Notes under the pieces: generated by a model | What the model was told of the DNA's origin: nothing | Database searches by the model: none | What the model saw: only the letters and a program-made list of their open reading frames with translations | Shown here: one piece after another, positions 9,723-18,874 of the stretch | Layout: every line of letters starts with the position of its first letter | Position numbering within the stretch: position 1 is the first letter of the stretch | Program-made: the position numbers and the translations under genes | Origin: Nitrosomonas europaea | GTDB taxonomy: Bacteria; Pseudomonadota; Gammaproteobacteria; Burkholderiales; Nitrosomonadaceae | Reading direction: 5' to 3' | Assembly (NCBI RefSeq): GCF_900167395.1 | Contig: NZ_FUWK01000025.1 | Coordinates: forward strand, 11,882-43,881 | DNA length: 32,000 nucleotides

Positions 9723-11174
9723 CTAATTTTCCTTTCTGCCGTATTTATCCTCGAACCGGACGATATCATCCTCTCCCAGATAGGAACCGGACTGAACTTC
9801 AATCATTTCCAGTGGCACACGCCCCGGGTTTTCCAGCCGATGTGGCGTTCCCAGCGGGATGAAGGTGGATTCGTTTTCGCTGACCAGAAAGGTTTTGTCT
9901 GCCCGGGTAACCTGTGCCGTTCCCCGTACTACGATCCAGTGCTCGGCGCGGTGGTGGTGCATTTGCAATGACAGCGCTGCGCCGGGGTTGACGACAATCC
10001 GTTTGACCTGAAAACGCTCACCTCTGTCGACTGAATCGTACCAGCCCCATGGACGGTATATTTTGCGGTGTGAGCGGATTTCCGGGCGATTCCGTTGTTT
10101 CAGTATGTCGACGATGTGTTTGACTTCCTGTGTTTTGTCCTGATGTGCTACCAGAACTGCATCGGATGTTTCCACGATCACTACATTTTCCACTCCGATA
10201 CAGGCAACCAGCCGATGCTCGGAAAACGCCAGAGTGTCGTGACATGCGTGCAGCAGCACATCGCCGCGCACCACGTTGCCTGATTCATCCTTCTGTAACG
10301 TGCGCCACAACGCATCCCATGCGCCAATATCCGACCATCCGGCAGAAAGCGGGATGATGGCGCCTGGCGGTAGCATGTCCGGACGTGCGGAAAGCGTTTC
10401 CATGACCGCATAATCGATCGAATCACTTGGACAAGCGGCAAACGCGGTCTTGTCGATACGGTAAAAATCACCATCGATCGAGCCTGATTGCCAGGCAGCG
10501 CGACAGGCTTCCAGAATATCCCGACGGCAAGTATCAATGGCGGTAAGCCAGATCGATGCACGCATCATGAACATGCCGCTATTCCACAGGTAGGAGCCTT
10601 CTTCCAGATAATTCTGTGCAGTGGCCAGATCCGGTTTCTCGACAAAACGGGCGATCCGGAAAGTGCCCGGTTCATGCAGTGCCGTACCGTACTGGATATA
10701 GCCGTAGCCGGTTTCCGGAGCGTTCGGTGTGATGCCGAAAGTGACCAGCATGCCACTTTCAGCGAGTGTCATTCCTTTGTGAATGATTGCCTGAAAAACT
10801 GAAATATCCGTTATGACATGGTCGGATGGCATGACCAGCAGAACCGGATCATCACTGTCCTGCATGGCTGCCAGTGCGGCTATCGTCAGCGCGGGAGCGG
10901 TGTTGCGTCCGTAAGGTTCGAGAATGATCTTGCCGATTTTACCCAGAACCCGCAGCTGCTCCGCAATCACAAAACGATATTCTTCGTTACTGACGATGAT
11001 GGAGGATTGAACAGCAATGTCCTCCAGCCCATCCAGGCGACGTACGGTTTCCTGCAGCAGGGAATACCGGTTGACCAGCGGCAGTAATTGTTTGGGGTAC
11101 TGCTGGCGTGAAAGTGGCCACAGGCGTGTACCCGAGCCGCCGGAGAGAATGACGGGAATGAGCGTGTGTTTCAT
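9723..11174 (-). CDS. manC: mannose-1-phosphate guanylyltransferase / mannose-6-phosphate isomerase (type II PMI-GMP)
   Basis: The family-typical start MKHTLIPVILSGGSGTRLWPLSR is at 11174, giving 483 aa. C-terminal cupin HHHRAEHWIVVRG. The 76-aa N-terminal extension in the ORF track overlaps the wecB end and is not family-like. Confidence 0.9.
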   Translation of the reverse strand: MKHTLIPVILSGGSGTRLWPLSRQQYPKQLLPLVNRYSLLQETVRRLDGLEDIAVQSSIIVSNEEYRFVIAEQLRVLGKIGKIILEPYGRNTAPALTIAALAAMQDSDDPVLLVMPSDHVITDISVFQAIIHKGMTLAESGMLVTFGITPNAPETGYGYIQYGTALHEPGTFRIARFVEKPDLATAQNYLEEGSYLWNSGMFMMRASIWLTAIDTCRRDILEACRAAWQSGSIDGDFYRIDKTAFAACPSDSIDYAVMETLSARPDMLPPGAIIPLSAGWSDIGAWDALWRTLQKDESGNVVRGDVLLHACHDTLAFSEHRLVACIGVENVVIVETSDAVLVAHQDKTQEVKHIVDILKQRNRPEIRSHRKIYRPWGWYDSVDRGERFQVKRIVVNPGAALSLQMHHHRAEHWIVVRGTAQVTRADKTFLVSENESTFIPLGTPHRLENPGRVPLEMIEVQSGSYLGEDDIVRFEDKYGRKEN

Positions 11175-11238
11175 GTATGTATTGGTTTGATCAGAAGGAA
11201 AATGGCAATTTTCTGCCGGATCATCTGGCATCCTGATT

Positions 11239-12348
11239 TCAGGGATGCAGCTCTCTGGTAAGTATCTCCACGATGCGGCGTGCGGCGTTGCCATCCCACA
11301 AATGCGGCCGGCGCCCTTGCTTACCACGTCCTCCCAGAATGTCATCAACCGCAGCCAGTATTCGTTCAGGGCGGGTGCCAGCCAGTATGTTCGTGCCTTC
11401 ATTCACTGTGATCGGCCGTTCGGTATTTTCGCGGATGGTGATGCAGGGAACTCCCAGAGCAGTGGTTTCTTCCTGCAAACCGCCGCTGTCAGTCAGAACG
11501 AGCGTGGCATCTTTCCATAGATGAAGAAATGGCATATAAGCCTGCGGGCCCATCAGGAGGATATTTGGTCCGAGATCGATATTGAATTTCTTCAGGTTGT
11601 TCTGTGTGCGCGGATGAGCCGGGAAAACGAGTGGCAGACGTTTGGCAATCTGTTTCAGTGTCAGGCTGATACGCTCCAGGGCGTCAGGACTATCCACGTT
11701 GCTGGGCCGGTGCAGCGTGACCACACCATACGATTGATTACCCAGTGATGTTTTGAGCTGACTGGTTTCGAAGTTGGATGTATCCGCTCGCGCAAGTTGC
11801 TCTACCTGGTAAAGCAGGTTGTCCACCATGACATGGCCGACGTAGTGAATGGCTGATGCCGGTTTCCCTTCCTGCAGCAGATGCTGCTGTCCACTTGGTT
11901 CGGTTACGAAAAACCAATCGGTGATGCTGTCTGTCACCAAGCGGTTGATTTCTTCCGGCATACACATATCGCCACTGCGCAGCCCTGCTTCGACATGAGC
12001 AACCGGGATATGCAGCTTCTTGGCCACGATAGAACAGGCCAGCGTCGAGTTGACATCGCCCACGACCAGTACCGCATCCGGTGGTTCCGTTTGACAGTAT
12101 TCTTCGAAGGCGACCATGATTTTGGCGGTCTGTTGTGAATGACTGCCTCCTCCAGCCGCCATAAAAATATCCGGCTGCGGAATACCCAGTTCCTCGAAAA
12201 AAACATCGTTCATTTCCCGATCGTAATGCTGACCGGTGTGGACGATTTTATAGGTCAGCCTGTCCTGTTGCTGCAAAGCGCGGACGATGGGTGCAATTTT
12301 CATGAAATTAGGTCGTGCACCGGCGATGAGATAGACCTTTTTCTGCAT
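11239..12348 (-). CDS. wecB: UDP-N-acetylglucosamine 2-epimerase (non-hydrolysing)
   Basis: The family-typical start MQKKVYLIAGARPNFMKIAPI is at 12348, giving 369 aa. Also HTGQHYD, HVEAGLRS and DSGGLQEE motifs. Confidence 0.9.
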   Translation of the reverse strand: MQKKVYLIAGARPNFMKIAPIVRALQQQDRLTYKIVHTGQHYDREMNDVFFEELGIPQPDIFMAAGGGSHSQQTAKIMVAFEEYCQTEPPDAVLVVGDVNSTLACSIVAKKLHIPVAHVEAGLRSGDMCMPEEINRLVTDSITDWFFVTEPSGQQHLLQEGKPASAIHYVGHVMVDNLLYQVEQLARADTSNFETSQLKTSLGNQSYGVVTLHRPSNVDSPDALERISLTLKQIAKRLPLVFPAHPRTQNNLKKFNIDLGPNILLMGPQAYMPFLHLWKDATLVLTDSGGLQEETTALGVPCITIRENTERPITVNEGTNILAGTRPERILAAVDDILGGRGKQGRRPHLWDGNAARRIVEILTRELHP

Positions 12349-12521
12349 GATTTTCCCTGACAAAGCAATGAGCAGGATTGTAAACCATCCGAGGCATGCT
12401 GCCGGCAGGAAAACATTGGTTTTTCCCGCCTGTTTATGCAAATGGGGTTAAGGTAAGGGTGGGAAGATGCGGTCGACCCGGACTTCTGTTGTTGTTTACC
12501 TGCTTCATCGATGCCGGAACG

Positions 12522-12550
12522 TTACTGAAGCAGATTACAGGGCTTATAAT
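12522..12550 (+). promoter_or_regulatory. candidate sigma70 promoter for yajQ
   Basis: TTACTG (12522-12527), 17 nt, TATAAT (12545-12550), 36 nt upstream of the ATG at 12587. Confidence 0.35.
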
Positions 12551-12586
12551 GGCAGCATTCAATTCTATATCTGATCAGGAAAAATC

Positions 12587-13072
12587 ATGCCTTCATTCGA
12601 TATTGTTTCCGAAGTGGATAAGCAGGAAATTCGTAATGCGGTCGATCAACTGAACAAGGAAGTTTCCACCCGGTTTGATTTCAAGGGTTCGGATGCCCGT
12701 GCCGAGCAAACTGATTATGAACTTTATCTTTACGCGGATGATGAGTTCAAACTTGGCCAGGTCATGGATATTCTGATGACTAAATTTACTAAACGCGAGA
12801 TTGATGTTCGCTGCCTGGAAAAGGGCCAGACCGAAAAAATCAGTGGCAATAAGGTGAAGCAGAAGGTAACAGTTAAGACCGGGGTGGAAAGTGATCTCGC
12901 TAAAAAGATCATCAAACTGGTCAAGGACAGTAAACTTAAAGTCCAGGCGAGCATCCAGGGTGAGGTAGTGCGGGTAACCGGCGCCAAGCGCGATATCCTG
13001 CAGGAGGCCATTCAACTGGTAAAAGGCAGCATCACTGAGCTGCCGCTGCAGTTTCGCAACTTTCGGGATTGA
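12587..13072 (+). CDS. yajQ: YajQ-family nucleotide-binding protein (UPF0234)
   Basis: 161 aa, [35 protein letters not shown]. Confidence 0.9.
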   Translation: MPSFDIVSEVDKQEIRNAVDQLNKEVSTRFDFKGSDARAEQTDYELYLYADDEFKLGQVMDILMTKFTKREIDVRCLEKGQTEKISGNKVKQKVTVKTGVESDLAKKIIKLVKDSKLKVQASIQGEVVRVTGAKRDILQEAIQLVKGSITELPLQFRNFRD

Positions 13073-13117
13073 ACGAGGGTTCCATCAAAACAATTTCAGG
13101 ATATGATCCCGGGCAAC

Positions 13118-13175
13118 TTCACAGTAATCGGTGAATTGAGCGCCTGTACTGTGGTGATGCCCGGGTGATCAGCGG
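13118..13175. terminator. nested long hairpin between convergent yajQ and the porin gene
   Basis: Outer stem CCCGGGCA (13118-13125) / TGCCCGGG (13168-13175), plus an inner stem CACAGTA / TACTGTG. No U-tract. Confidence 0.35.
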
Positions 13176-13181
13176 TTTATA

Positions 13182-14681
13182 TCAGTAATTCCACTGTAAC
13201 TGGAATCTCAGGACATCAGCCTTGTATCGTTCGTAAGGGGCACTTGCTACATTGGTACGATTCATCATGTGATAAACCGCTGTAAGCTCAATTTCTTTCA
13301 TAACCTGCCATTCCAGTCCAAATTCCAGATCATTAACGTGATTTCTCGGGGCGTTGCGCTCGAATTTCTGACCACCCTTGAAGTGTTGCCATTTAACGAA
13401 CGGGAACAGCGTTCCCCAGCGTAATCCATCGATTTTGTAGGTTGCCAGAACATAACCACCATTGAGCGAGGATTCAGTAAGCATCGTCTGGCCGTCATTT
13501 AACTGAGGCCCCCGCCCCCAGTTCCATTCTGCCTGCAGCCCGAAGGGTTGCGGATAAAGTACGGCATGCACCCCGACACGCTCATCTTTGAAACCTTTCT
13601 CGGGTGCATCCATGACCGGAGTAAATCCGCCTGCAGGGCCTGTTGATGGAACGAAGCGTCCACGTAGAGCTTGTATACCTGCTTCAAGAATTTGACCGTT
13701 GCTGAATTGGTGTGGGTAGGTGAAGCGGGTGACCATGTGCACACCGTTATTTCCTTCGAGGCGGTTGGCACCCTGTCCATTGTAGATACCAAAGGCGAAC
13801 ATGCCATAATCACCGGATCCTTTCAGATTCTTCGCCATGACTTCTTTGAACCGGTCGCGTATATGAGTCGGAGCCCAGTAGAAGAATGCACCGATGTCAC
13901 GCTCATCCCGACAGCAACTGTTCATGGCATCATTACGGTCAAGTGCAAGGCGATTTTGGCTGGATTGCAGGTTCTCAAAACTATAAGGGATTTTTGATTG
14001 CCCGACCCTGACCCGGAATTCCTTGTTCTTATCGAAGTGGATATCGGCGTAGGCATCCCTTAACTGAGCGAAATGGCCTGTACTGGAGCCAGACGGAGTG
14101 CTGGCAAAGTCGGGTTGTATATACAGAGAGAGATGATCGTTGATATCTCCGAAAATGACCAAACGTGCCCGTCTGATCAGGAAGGAACCATCCTCACCTA
14201 CCGATTTGTCAGGCCAGTAAGATACTGCATCCTTATCGCCACTCACCGTACTACTGTAGCGGAATTGTGTATAGCCCCGAATGCCGATTCTGTCGTACCA
14301 CTTTTTTTCTTCTTTGGGTTTTTCAGCCGAAGGCTCATTGCTGTGTGCAGCGATTTCCTCTGATTTTCTCCGGATATCAGATTCTGCTCCGGATTGGCCC
14401 GAATTTTCCTGAAATTTTGCTTCACCTTGCGCCAGGCCGGTTGTTGTATTGCTGACAGGCTGGCTTGACTCGGTATCTGGCTTGCTTTGAGATTGAACGG
14501 GTGACTCTTTTACTTGCTGGAAAGTACCCAGTTTGATCCTGTTTTTGCCGGGTTCGGTGTAAACCTGTTTGGTAGCTGTGTCTACATACAGGATTAATTC
14601 TTGTGCACCGGCTGGAAAGAAATGGGATGTAACGAGAATTAATCCCAAGCCACATATTGTTAAGTTGAATCTTTTTATCAT
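13182..14681 (-). CDS. outer-membrane porin, phosphate-selective porin O/P-like
   Basis: 499 aa. Signal peptide MIKRFNLTICGLGLILVTSHFFPAGAQE and an aromatic C-terminal beta-signal LRFQLQWNY. GGGAGG RBS. The family call comes from the overall look (WYDRIGIRGYTQFRY), not from a search. Confidence 0.65.
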   Translation of the reverse strand: MIKRFNLTICGLGLILVTSHFFPAGAQELILYVDTATKQVYTEPGKNRIKLGTFQQVKESPVQSQSKPDTESSQPVSNTTTGLAQGEAKFQENSGQSGAESDIRRKSEEIAAHSNEPSAEKPKEEKKWYDRIGIRGYTQFRYSSTVSGDKDAVSYWPDKSVGEDGSFLIRRARLVIFGDINDHLSLYIQPDFASTPSGSSTGHFAQLRDAYADIHFDKNKEFRVRVGQSKIPYSFENLQSSQNRLALDRNDAMNSCCRDERDIGAFFYWAPTHIRDRFKEVMAKNLKGSGDYGMFAFGIYNGQGANRLEGNNGVHMVTRFTYPHQFSNGQILEAGIQALRGRFVPSTGPAGGFTPVMDAPEKGFKDERVGVHAVLYPQPFGLQAEWNWGRGPQLNDGQTMLTESSLNGGYVLATYKIDGLRWGTLFPFVKWQHFKGGQKFERNAPRNHVNDLEFGLEWQVMKEIELTAVYHMMNRTNVASAPYERYKADVLRFQLQWNY

Positions 14682-14916
14682 TATTACCTGCCTCCCTTTT
14701 TAGCAATCCGTTTACTGGAATAAATCAGTTGAAACGGGAGGCATTATTTCAATTGCTTATGACACTCTTATTACATGGCAGATACCGGACTGACCGGATC
14801 AGAAAGAAGGGGTGTTCTGAAAAAGAGTGTGGTTGGAGATCGTGGTTAAAATGAAGGTCTTTATTTGGCAGTATGTCAGATGATGCAGCTGGTTCTGGGG
14901 TGTATATACTTGTTTC

Positions 14917-15666
14917 CTAGTGATTTTTCTTTTCTAACTCCGCTTTGATATCTTCTGCGATAGCTTGGTAAAGCGGGCGAAAAATCGGGCGCATATTGCT
15001 GATAATACTGTTGATTTCTACCATGGATGGGAAACGCAGACCACGATGCTCGACGGGTGCGCCGATGGGTTCCAGTTGCGCACCTAGTCTGCTGAAGTGA
15101 CTGGCCAGCCGTTCTTCGGTTAGCATGAAAAGTACTCTGATATCGTGTATGCGTGCCAGTTCGATTGTGCCGATATAAAGACTCAGCGGAATGTAGGGAA
15201 AGCGCATCATTGGGCCTGTACTAAAATCTTCTTCAGAAATATTGATAGGATGATTCTTTTCACCTTTTCGCCGGCGAAAGGCGGCGATAACAGCAAGACG
15301 GGAAACTTCACCAATTTTATCTGCCGGTAGTCTGGACGGATCTATGATGGAGCGGTCGAGCGTCTGAGCACAGGTTTTCTCAAAGGGCAAGCGCCTGTCG
15401 TTACTGTTTGATGACGGACGGATGATACGGGTACAGCCGATGAATGTATCGTTATTGATACTGCGAATTAGAAGATGTAGTGAGTGGGCATCATATTCAT
15501 CTATCTCAAATCCGTCAGATCGTGAAGATTCAAACTGCAAATCTTCGCAATAAACGGAGTGACGGACGCGATAAGCCTCACGCTTCAACTCTTCGGTCAA
15601 TGCTGGCACGATTTTGAAGTACTGCCTGAAAGAAGTGCCCAAATGGCTATTTTCCTGGGTAAACAC
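14917..15666 (-). CDS. PEP-CTERM/exosortase system-associated acyltransferase (N-acyl amino acid synthase-like, GNAT/LuxI-related)
   Basis: FRQYFKIVPALTEELKREAYRVRHSVYCEDLQFE, EIDEYDAHSLHLLIR and IGEVSRLAVIAAFRRRKGE match my recollection of the TIGR03694-type family. The start is non-ATG: GTG 15666, or TTG 15642 with AGGAAA 8 nt upstream. Confidence 0.75.
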   Translation of the reverse strand: MFTQENSHLGTSFRQYFKIVPALTEELKREAYRVRHSVYCEDLQFESSRSDGFEIDEYDAHSLHLLIRSINNDTFIGCTRIIRPSSNSNDRRLPFEKTCAQTLDRSIIDPSRLPADKIGEVSRLAVIAAFRRRKGEKNHPINISEEDFSTGPMMRFPYIPLSLYIGTIELARIHDIRVLFMLTEERLASHFSRLGAQLEPIGAPVEHRGLRFPSMVEINSIISNMRPIFRPLYQAIAEDIKAELEKKNH

Positions 15667-15790
15667 GATCGCGTTCGTCTAATGATTAAAGAATTTTTAG
15701 AAATTTAACAGTTAAGACAGTCAAGTAGAGGAAGCACCTCCTGTTTAAGCTGCCCATGGCTTGATGCTTTGGCTCGATCAGTCTGCCGGT

Positions 15791-16564
15791 TCATTCAAGT
15801 CTCTTCAGATAATCCTTGGTGAATATTTTGTCCGGCAGATCACGCAGTTTCATATCCGAGTAATCAAGTACTGAAACTTCACCTGACTTCAGCGCATCTT
15901 CCATGATGATGCGGGTTGGGCGCATCTCGCCGAGAATGTTGTCAAAATTCTCGTAACGGCTGGTCTTTAGCAATCGACCCGAAACAGAGTAGAACTCTGC
16001 TTTATACGGCCTGAAATTGGATTGATTTACCCATAACAACACTTTCTGGTAAGTGACTGAGCGATCTATACCAGTAAGTTCAAGGACATAGTAGTCTTCA
16101 TCATCGATTGATTCATTACGCAGCAGTTGCGGATGATAGTCACCAGTAAAGTTGGCGCGAGCAATATCACCGTTGGCAACCTGGCCGGTCAGCCGCTGGG
16201 AAAGTGATAGCCGTATCGGCTGCGAAACACTGGGCATGAAAACCCATAAATCACGCCCTTTCATGAGAATTGCCTGACCACGCTCGGATGCAGGCTCGGT
16301 AATCATGACGATGCTGTTTTCGTTACCCTTGGAAAGTACTTGGTAACGATACAGATCTTCTGCGTGATCAGGAGCAGCTGTGCGAATAGCGACATTGACC
16401 TGAAAGCTGTCCTGCGGGAAGCGAATTTCATCCGCTTTTTCCAGTATACTTTGGGCGGTTACGGCAGATTTTTCAGTTTCCACCGGGGATGAAAACGATG
16501 TGCCTCCCTGAGCCAGTAGAAAACAACCTGTTATCAATGAAAGTAATAAGGAATATAAGTTCAT
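15791..16564 (-). CDS. LolA-like periplasmic carrier (outer membrane lipoprotein-sorting protein family)
   Basis: ATG at 16564 (GGAG RBS) gives a signal peptide MNLYSLLLSLITGCFLLAQGG. Family-like stretches are GRDLWVFMPSVSQPIRLS, ANGDIARANFTGDY and YYVLELTG. The 40-aa extension in the ORF track overlaps the divergent ATPase gene. Confidence 0.75.
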   Translation of the reverse strand: MNLYSLLLSLITGCFLLAQGGTSFSSPVETEKSAVTAQSILEKADEIRFPQDSFQVNVAIRTAAPDHAEDLYRYQVLSKGNENSIVMITEPASERGQAILMKGRDLWVFMPSVSQPIRLSLSQRLTGQVANGDIARANFTGDYHPQLLRNESIDDEDYYVLELTGIDRSVTYQKVLLWVNQSNFRPYKAEFYSVSGRLLKTSRYENFDNILGEMRPTRIIMEDALKSGEVSVLDYSDMKLRDLPDKIFTKDYLKRLE

Positions 16565-16631
16565 ATTCAATCTCCATGAGTAAACTGTCCGGGTTAGACT
16601 ACCCTGAAATCGTTCGTTCGGGGCCAGACAA

Positions 16632-17327
16632 GTGAGCAGCATCGTCCGCATTGAAAATGTATTCAAGGAATATACGCTCGGCACAAGCCGGGTTCATGCA
16701 CTCAAGGATATCAATCTGCAAATCGGAAATGGGGAGTTTCTAGCCATTGCCGGTCCTTCAGGTAGTGGAAAATCAACATTGCTTAATCTAATCGGTTGTA
16801 TCGATATTCCGTCTTCCGGAAAGATTTATATCGATGACCGGGATACTAGCGGGCAAACGCCAGATCAGCTATCAGAACTCAGAGCTAGAACTATCGGCTT
16901 TATTTTTCAGACATTTAATCTTTTTTCAGTCTTGTCAGCAGAGGAGAATATTGAATACCCTTTGCTGCAATTCAAGGAATTGCGTGCTGCTGAACGCCGT
17001 GAGCGGATTGTAAAATTTCTCGACATTGTCGGGCTGGCCGAGTTTGCCGATCATCGACCTAATCAGTTAAGTGGTGGCCAGCGCCAGCGTGTCGCAATCG
17101 CCCGCGCTCTCGCCACCCATCCCAAAATCATCCTGGCGGATGAACCAACCGCCAATCTCGATCACAAGACAGGCGAAGGTATTCTGCAATTGATGAAGGA
17201 CATCAATCGCAACAGTGGTACGACTTTCATTTTTTCAACGCATGATGCCAAAGTAATGGCCATGGCGGAGCGTTTGATACGCATCGAAGACGGACAGCTT
17301 GTCGGGGAAGATGCCGTTCATACCTGA
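16632..17327 (+). CDS. ABC transporter ATP-binding protein, LolD/MacB type
   Basis: GTG start. Walker A GPSGSGKST, signature LSGGQRQRVAIARAL, Walker B ILADEPT. Confidence 0.9.
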   Translation: MSSIVRIENVFKEYTLGTSRVHALKDINLQIGNGEFLAIAGPSGSGKSTLLNLIGCIDIPSSGKIYIDDRDTSGQTPDQLSELRARTIGFIFQTFNLFSVLSAEENIEYPLLQFKELRAAERRERIVKFLDIVGLAEFADHRPNQLSGGQRQRVAIARALATHPKIILADEPTANLDHKTGEGILQLMKDINRNSGTTFIFSTHDAKVMAMAERLIRIEDGQLVGEDAVHT

Positions 17328-17338
17328 CCGATGCGACG

Positions 17339-18838
17339 ATGATTCTATACCCCCGTAGCGCTGTACTGGATTGCTTCGGCACGGCGTCTTCGCAAAGACG
17401 GGGTGTGGTGGCGCCAGCCAGTTTTTCACAGATCACAGGGCAGTCAGTCGGAAAAATCGGGGTTCTGTTCCTGTTGCTGATGGTGTTGTGGAGCGCGAAT
17501 CTCTGCAATTCCTCAGACATTACACCACTTTCTGCAAACAGAGCGAACGTCGGGCAGATGGTGCAAGCGTTTACCTTCGATGATTTATTCAAAGAGGATG
17601 GCCCCAGTTCCGATCTACCACAACGTGTATTCCGGCAAACTTCTTCCTGGCGCGGATTTTCGCAACTGGAATTTGCTGAAACGATTGCCAGCCCCAAACA
17701 TGCATCAAAACTGCGTTTGCGTTCTGAACTATCGAATCTTGGCCAGTTGAGCCCAAACGTAAAATGGAAGCTGAGTGCCCGCATCGATTACGATGCAATC
17801 TACGATCTGTCTGATTTTTATTCGCGTCAGGTACGCCGGGATCAGCGGTTTGAGCTATTTCTGCGGGAAAATTATCTGGATTTTTCGATTGCTGATTTCG
17901 ATGTCCGTGTAGGTCGCCAGCATATCGTCTGGGGAGAAATGGTTGGGCTGTTCTTCGCAGATGTCGTTTCCGCCAAGGACATGCGTGAGTTTGTGCTGCC
18001 TGATTTCGATATTCTGCGTATTCCGCAATGGGCTGTCCGTACTGAGTATTCCAAAAATGACTTTCATGCTGATCTGATCTGGATTCCATTTGCCAGTCTG
18101 GATGAGATTGGTCGGCCAGGGGCTGATTTTTACCCATTCAAGCTCCCCGTTGCTGCACCAGTCAGTTTTTTGAAAGAAGATCGCTCCGGGCGCAACGTCG
18201 CTCACTCGAATTATGGAATCCGGCTATCCCAGCTGACGAATGGCTGGGATGTCTCTGCATTTTATTATCACAGTCTCGATGCCACCCCTACTTTCCACCG
18301 GATCAGCCAGCCCTGGGAACCGCTGCTGTTTCAGGCACGCCATGGAGAAATCGACCAGGCGGGCGGGACAGTGACTAAAGACTTGGGATCGGCGGTACTC
18401 AAGGGAGAATTCGTTTACACGCATGGACGTCGCTTCAACGTGACCCGCCCGACTGCAGCGGATGGTCTGGTACGGCAGGATACTATTGATTATGCACTGG
18501 GGCTGGATTTCACACTACCATCGGATATCCGGCTGAATTTGCAGTTCTTTCAGCGCGCGTATCTGAATTATGATCGGGATATTTTTCAGGATCGGCTGGA
18601 AAACGGGGGCAGCATTTTTCTGCAGGGAGACTTATGGCGCGATTTTCAGGGGCAGATATTGTTGATCCACAGTTTCAATCGTAATGAATGGATGCTGCGT
18701 CCGCGCCTTACCTGGAACTTCGCCAGAAACTGGAAACTGGCGGCAGGTGCAGATATTTTCAATGGCCCTCCCACTGGACTGTTCGGCCGGTTTGACAGCA
18801 GCGATAGAGTATATACCGAGCTGCGTTTTTCTTTTTAG
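17339..18838 (+). CDS. secreted outer-membrane beta-barrel protein (DUF1302-like impression)
   Basis: Hydrophobic signal segment GKIGVLFLLLMVLWSA. VRVGRQHIVWGE motif. C-terminal beta-signal VYTELRFSF. The start is uncertain (ATG 17339, or GTG 17405/17408 after a CGTCTT-CGCA-AAGACG hairpin at 17386-17401). Confidence 0.55.
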   Translation: MILYPRSAVLDCFGTASSQRRGVVAPASFSQITGQSVGKIGVLFLLLMVLWSANLCNSSDITPLSANRANVGQMVQAFTFDDLFKEDGPSSDLPQRVFRQTSSWRGFSQLEFAETIASPKHASKLRLRSELSNLGQLSPNVKWKLSARIDYDAIYDLSDFYSRQVRRDQRFELFLRENYLDFSIADFDVRVGRQHIVWGEMVGLFFADVVSAKDMREFVLPDFDILRIPQWAVRTEYSKNDFHADLIWIPFASLDEIGRPGADFYPFKLPVAAPVSFLKEDRSGRNVAHSNYGIRLSQLTNGWDVSAFYYHSLDATPTFHRISQPWEPLLFQARHGEIDQAGGTVTKDLGSAVLKGEFVYTHGRRFNVTRPTAADGLVRQDTIDYALGLDFTLPSDIRLNLQFFQRAYLNYDRDIFQDRLENGGSIFLQGDLWRDFQGQILLIHSFNRNEWMLRPRLTWNFARNWKLAAGADIFNGPPTGLFGRFDSSDRVYTELRFSF

Positions 18839-18874
18839 TTGGTCGTTCTCAAAAAATGTCGGAAAATTTTACAT

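Noticed and set aside
9723-11402. Long N-terminal extensions proposed by the ORF track for manC (to 11402); the same issue affects wecB (to 12441) and the LolA-like gene (to 16684)
   Set aside because: The family-typical N-termini (MKHTLIPVILSGG, MQKKVYLIAGARPNF, and the signal peptide MNLYSLLL) start at internal ATGs. The extensions overlap neighbouring genes and look non-protein-like.
12593-13015. 140-aa and 93-aa minus-strand ORFs
   Set aside because: They are antisense shadows of yajQ, which has an unmistakable family N-terminus.
14755-14781. Pho-box-like half sites (CTGCCAT ... GTGTCAT on the minus strand) upstream of the OprO/P-like porin
   Set aside because: The half sites are 16 nt apart start-to-start rather than the 11-nt phasing of PhoB boxes, and one has a mismatch. 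This is not enough to call.
15601-15616. TGGCAC motif on the plus strand inside the NAS gene
   Set aside because: There is no GC element at the -12 position. The motif lies inside a coding region and points into the antisense of the gene.
17227-18205. Minus-strand ORFs 17227-17784, 17589-18137 and 17855-18205
   Set aside because: They are antisense to the ATPase end and the barrel-protein gene. Their translations have no motifs and show biased composition.
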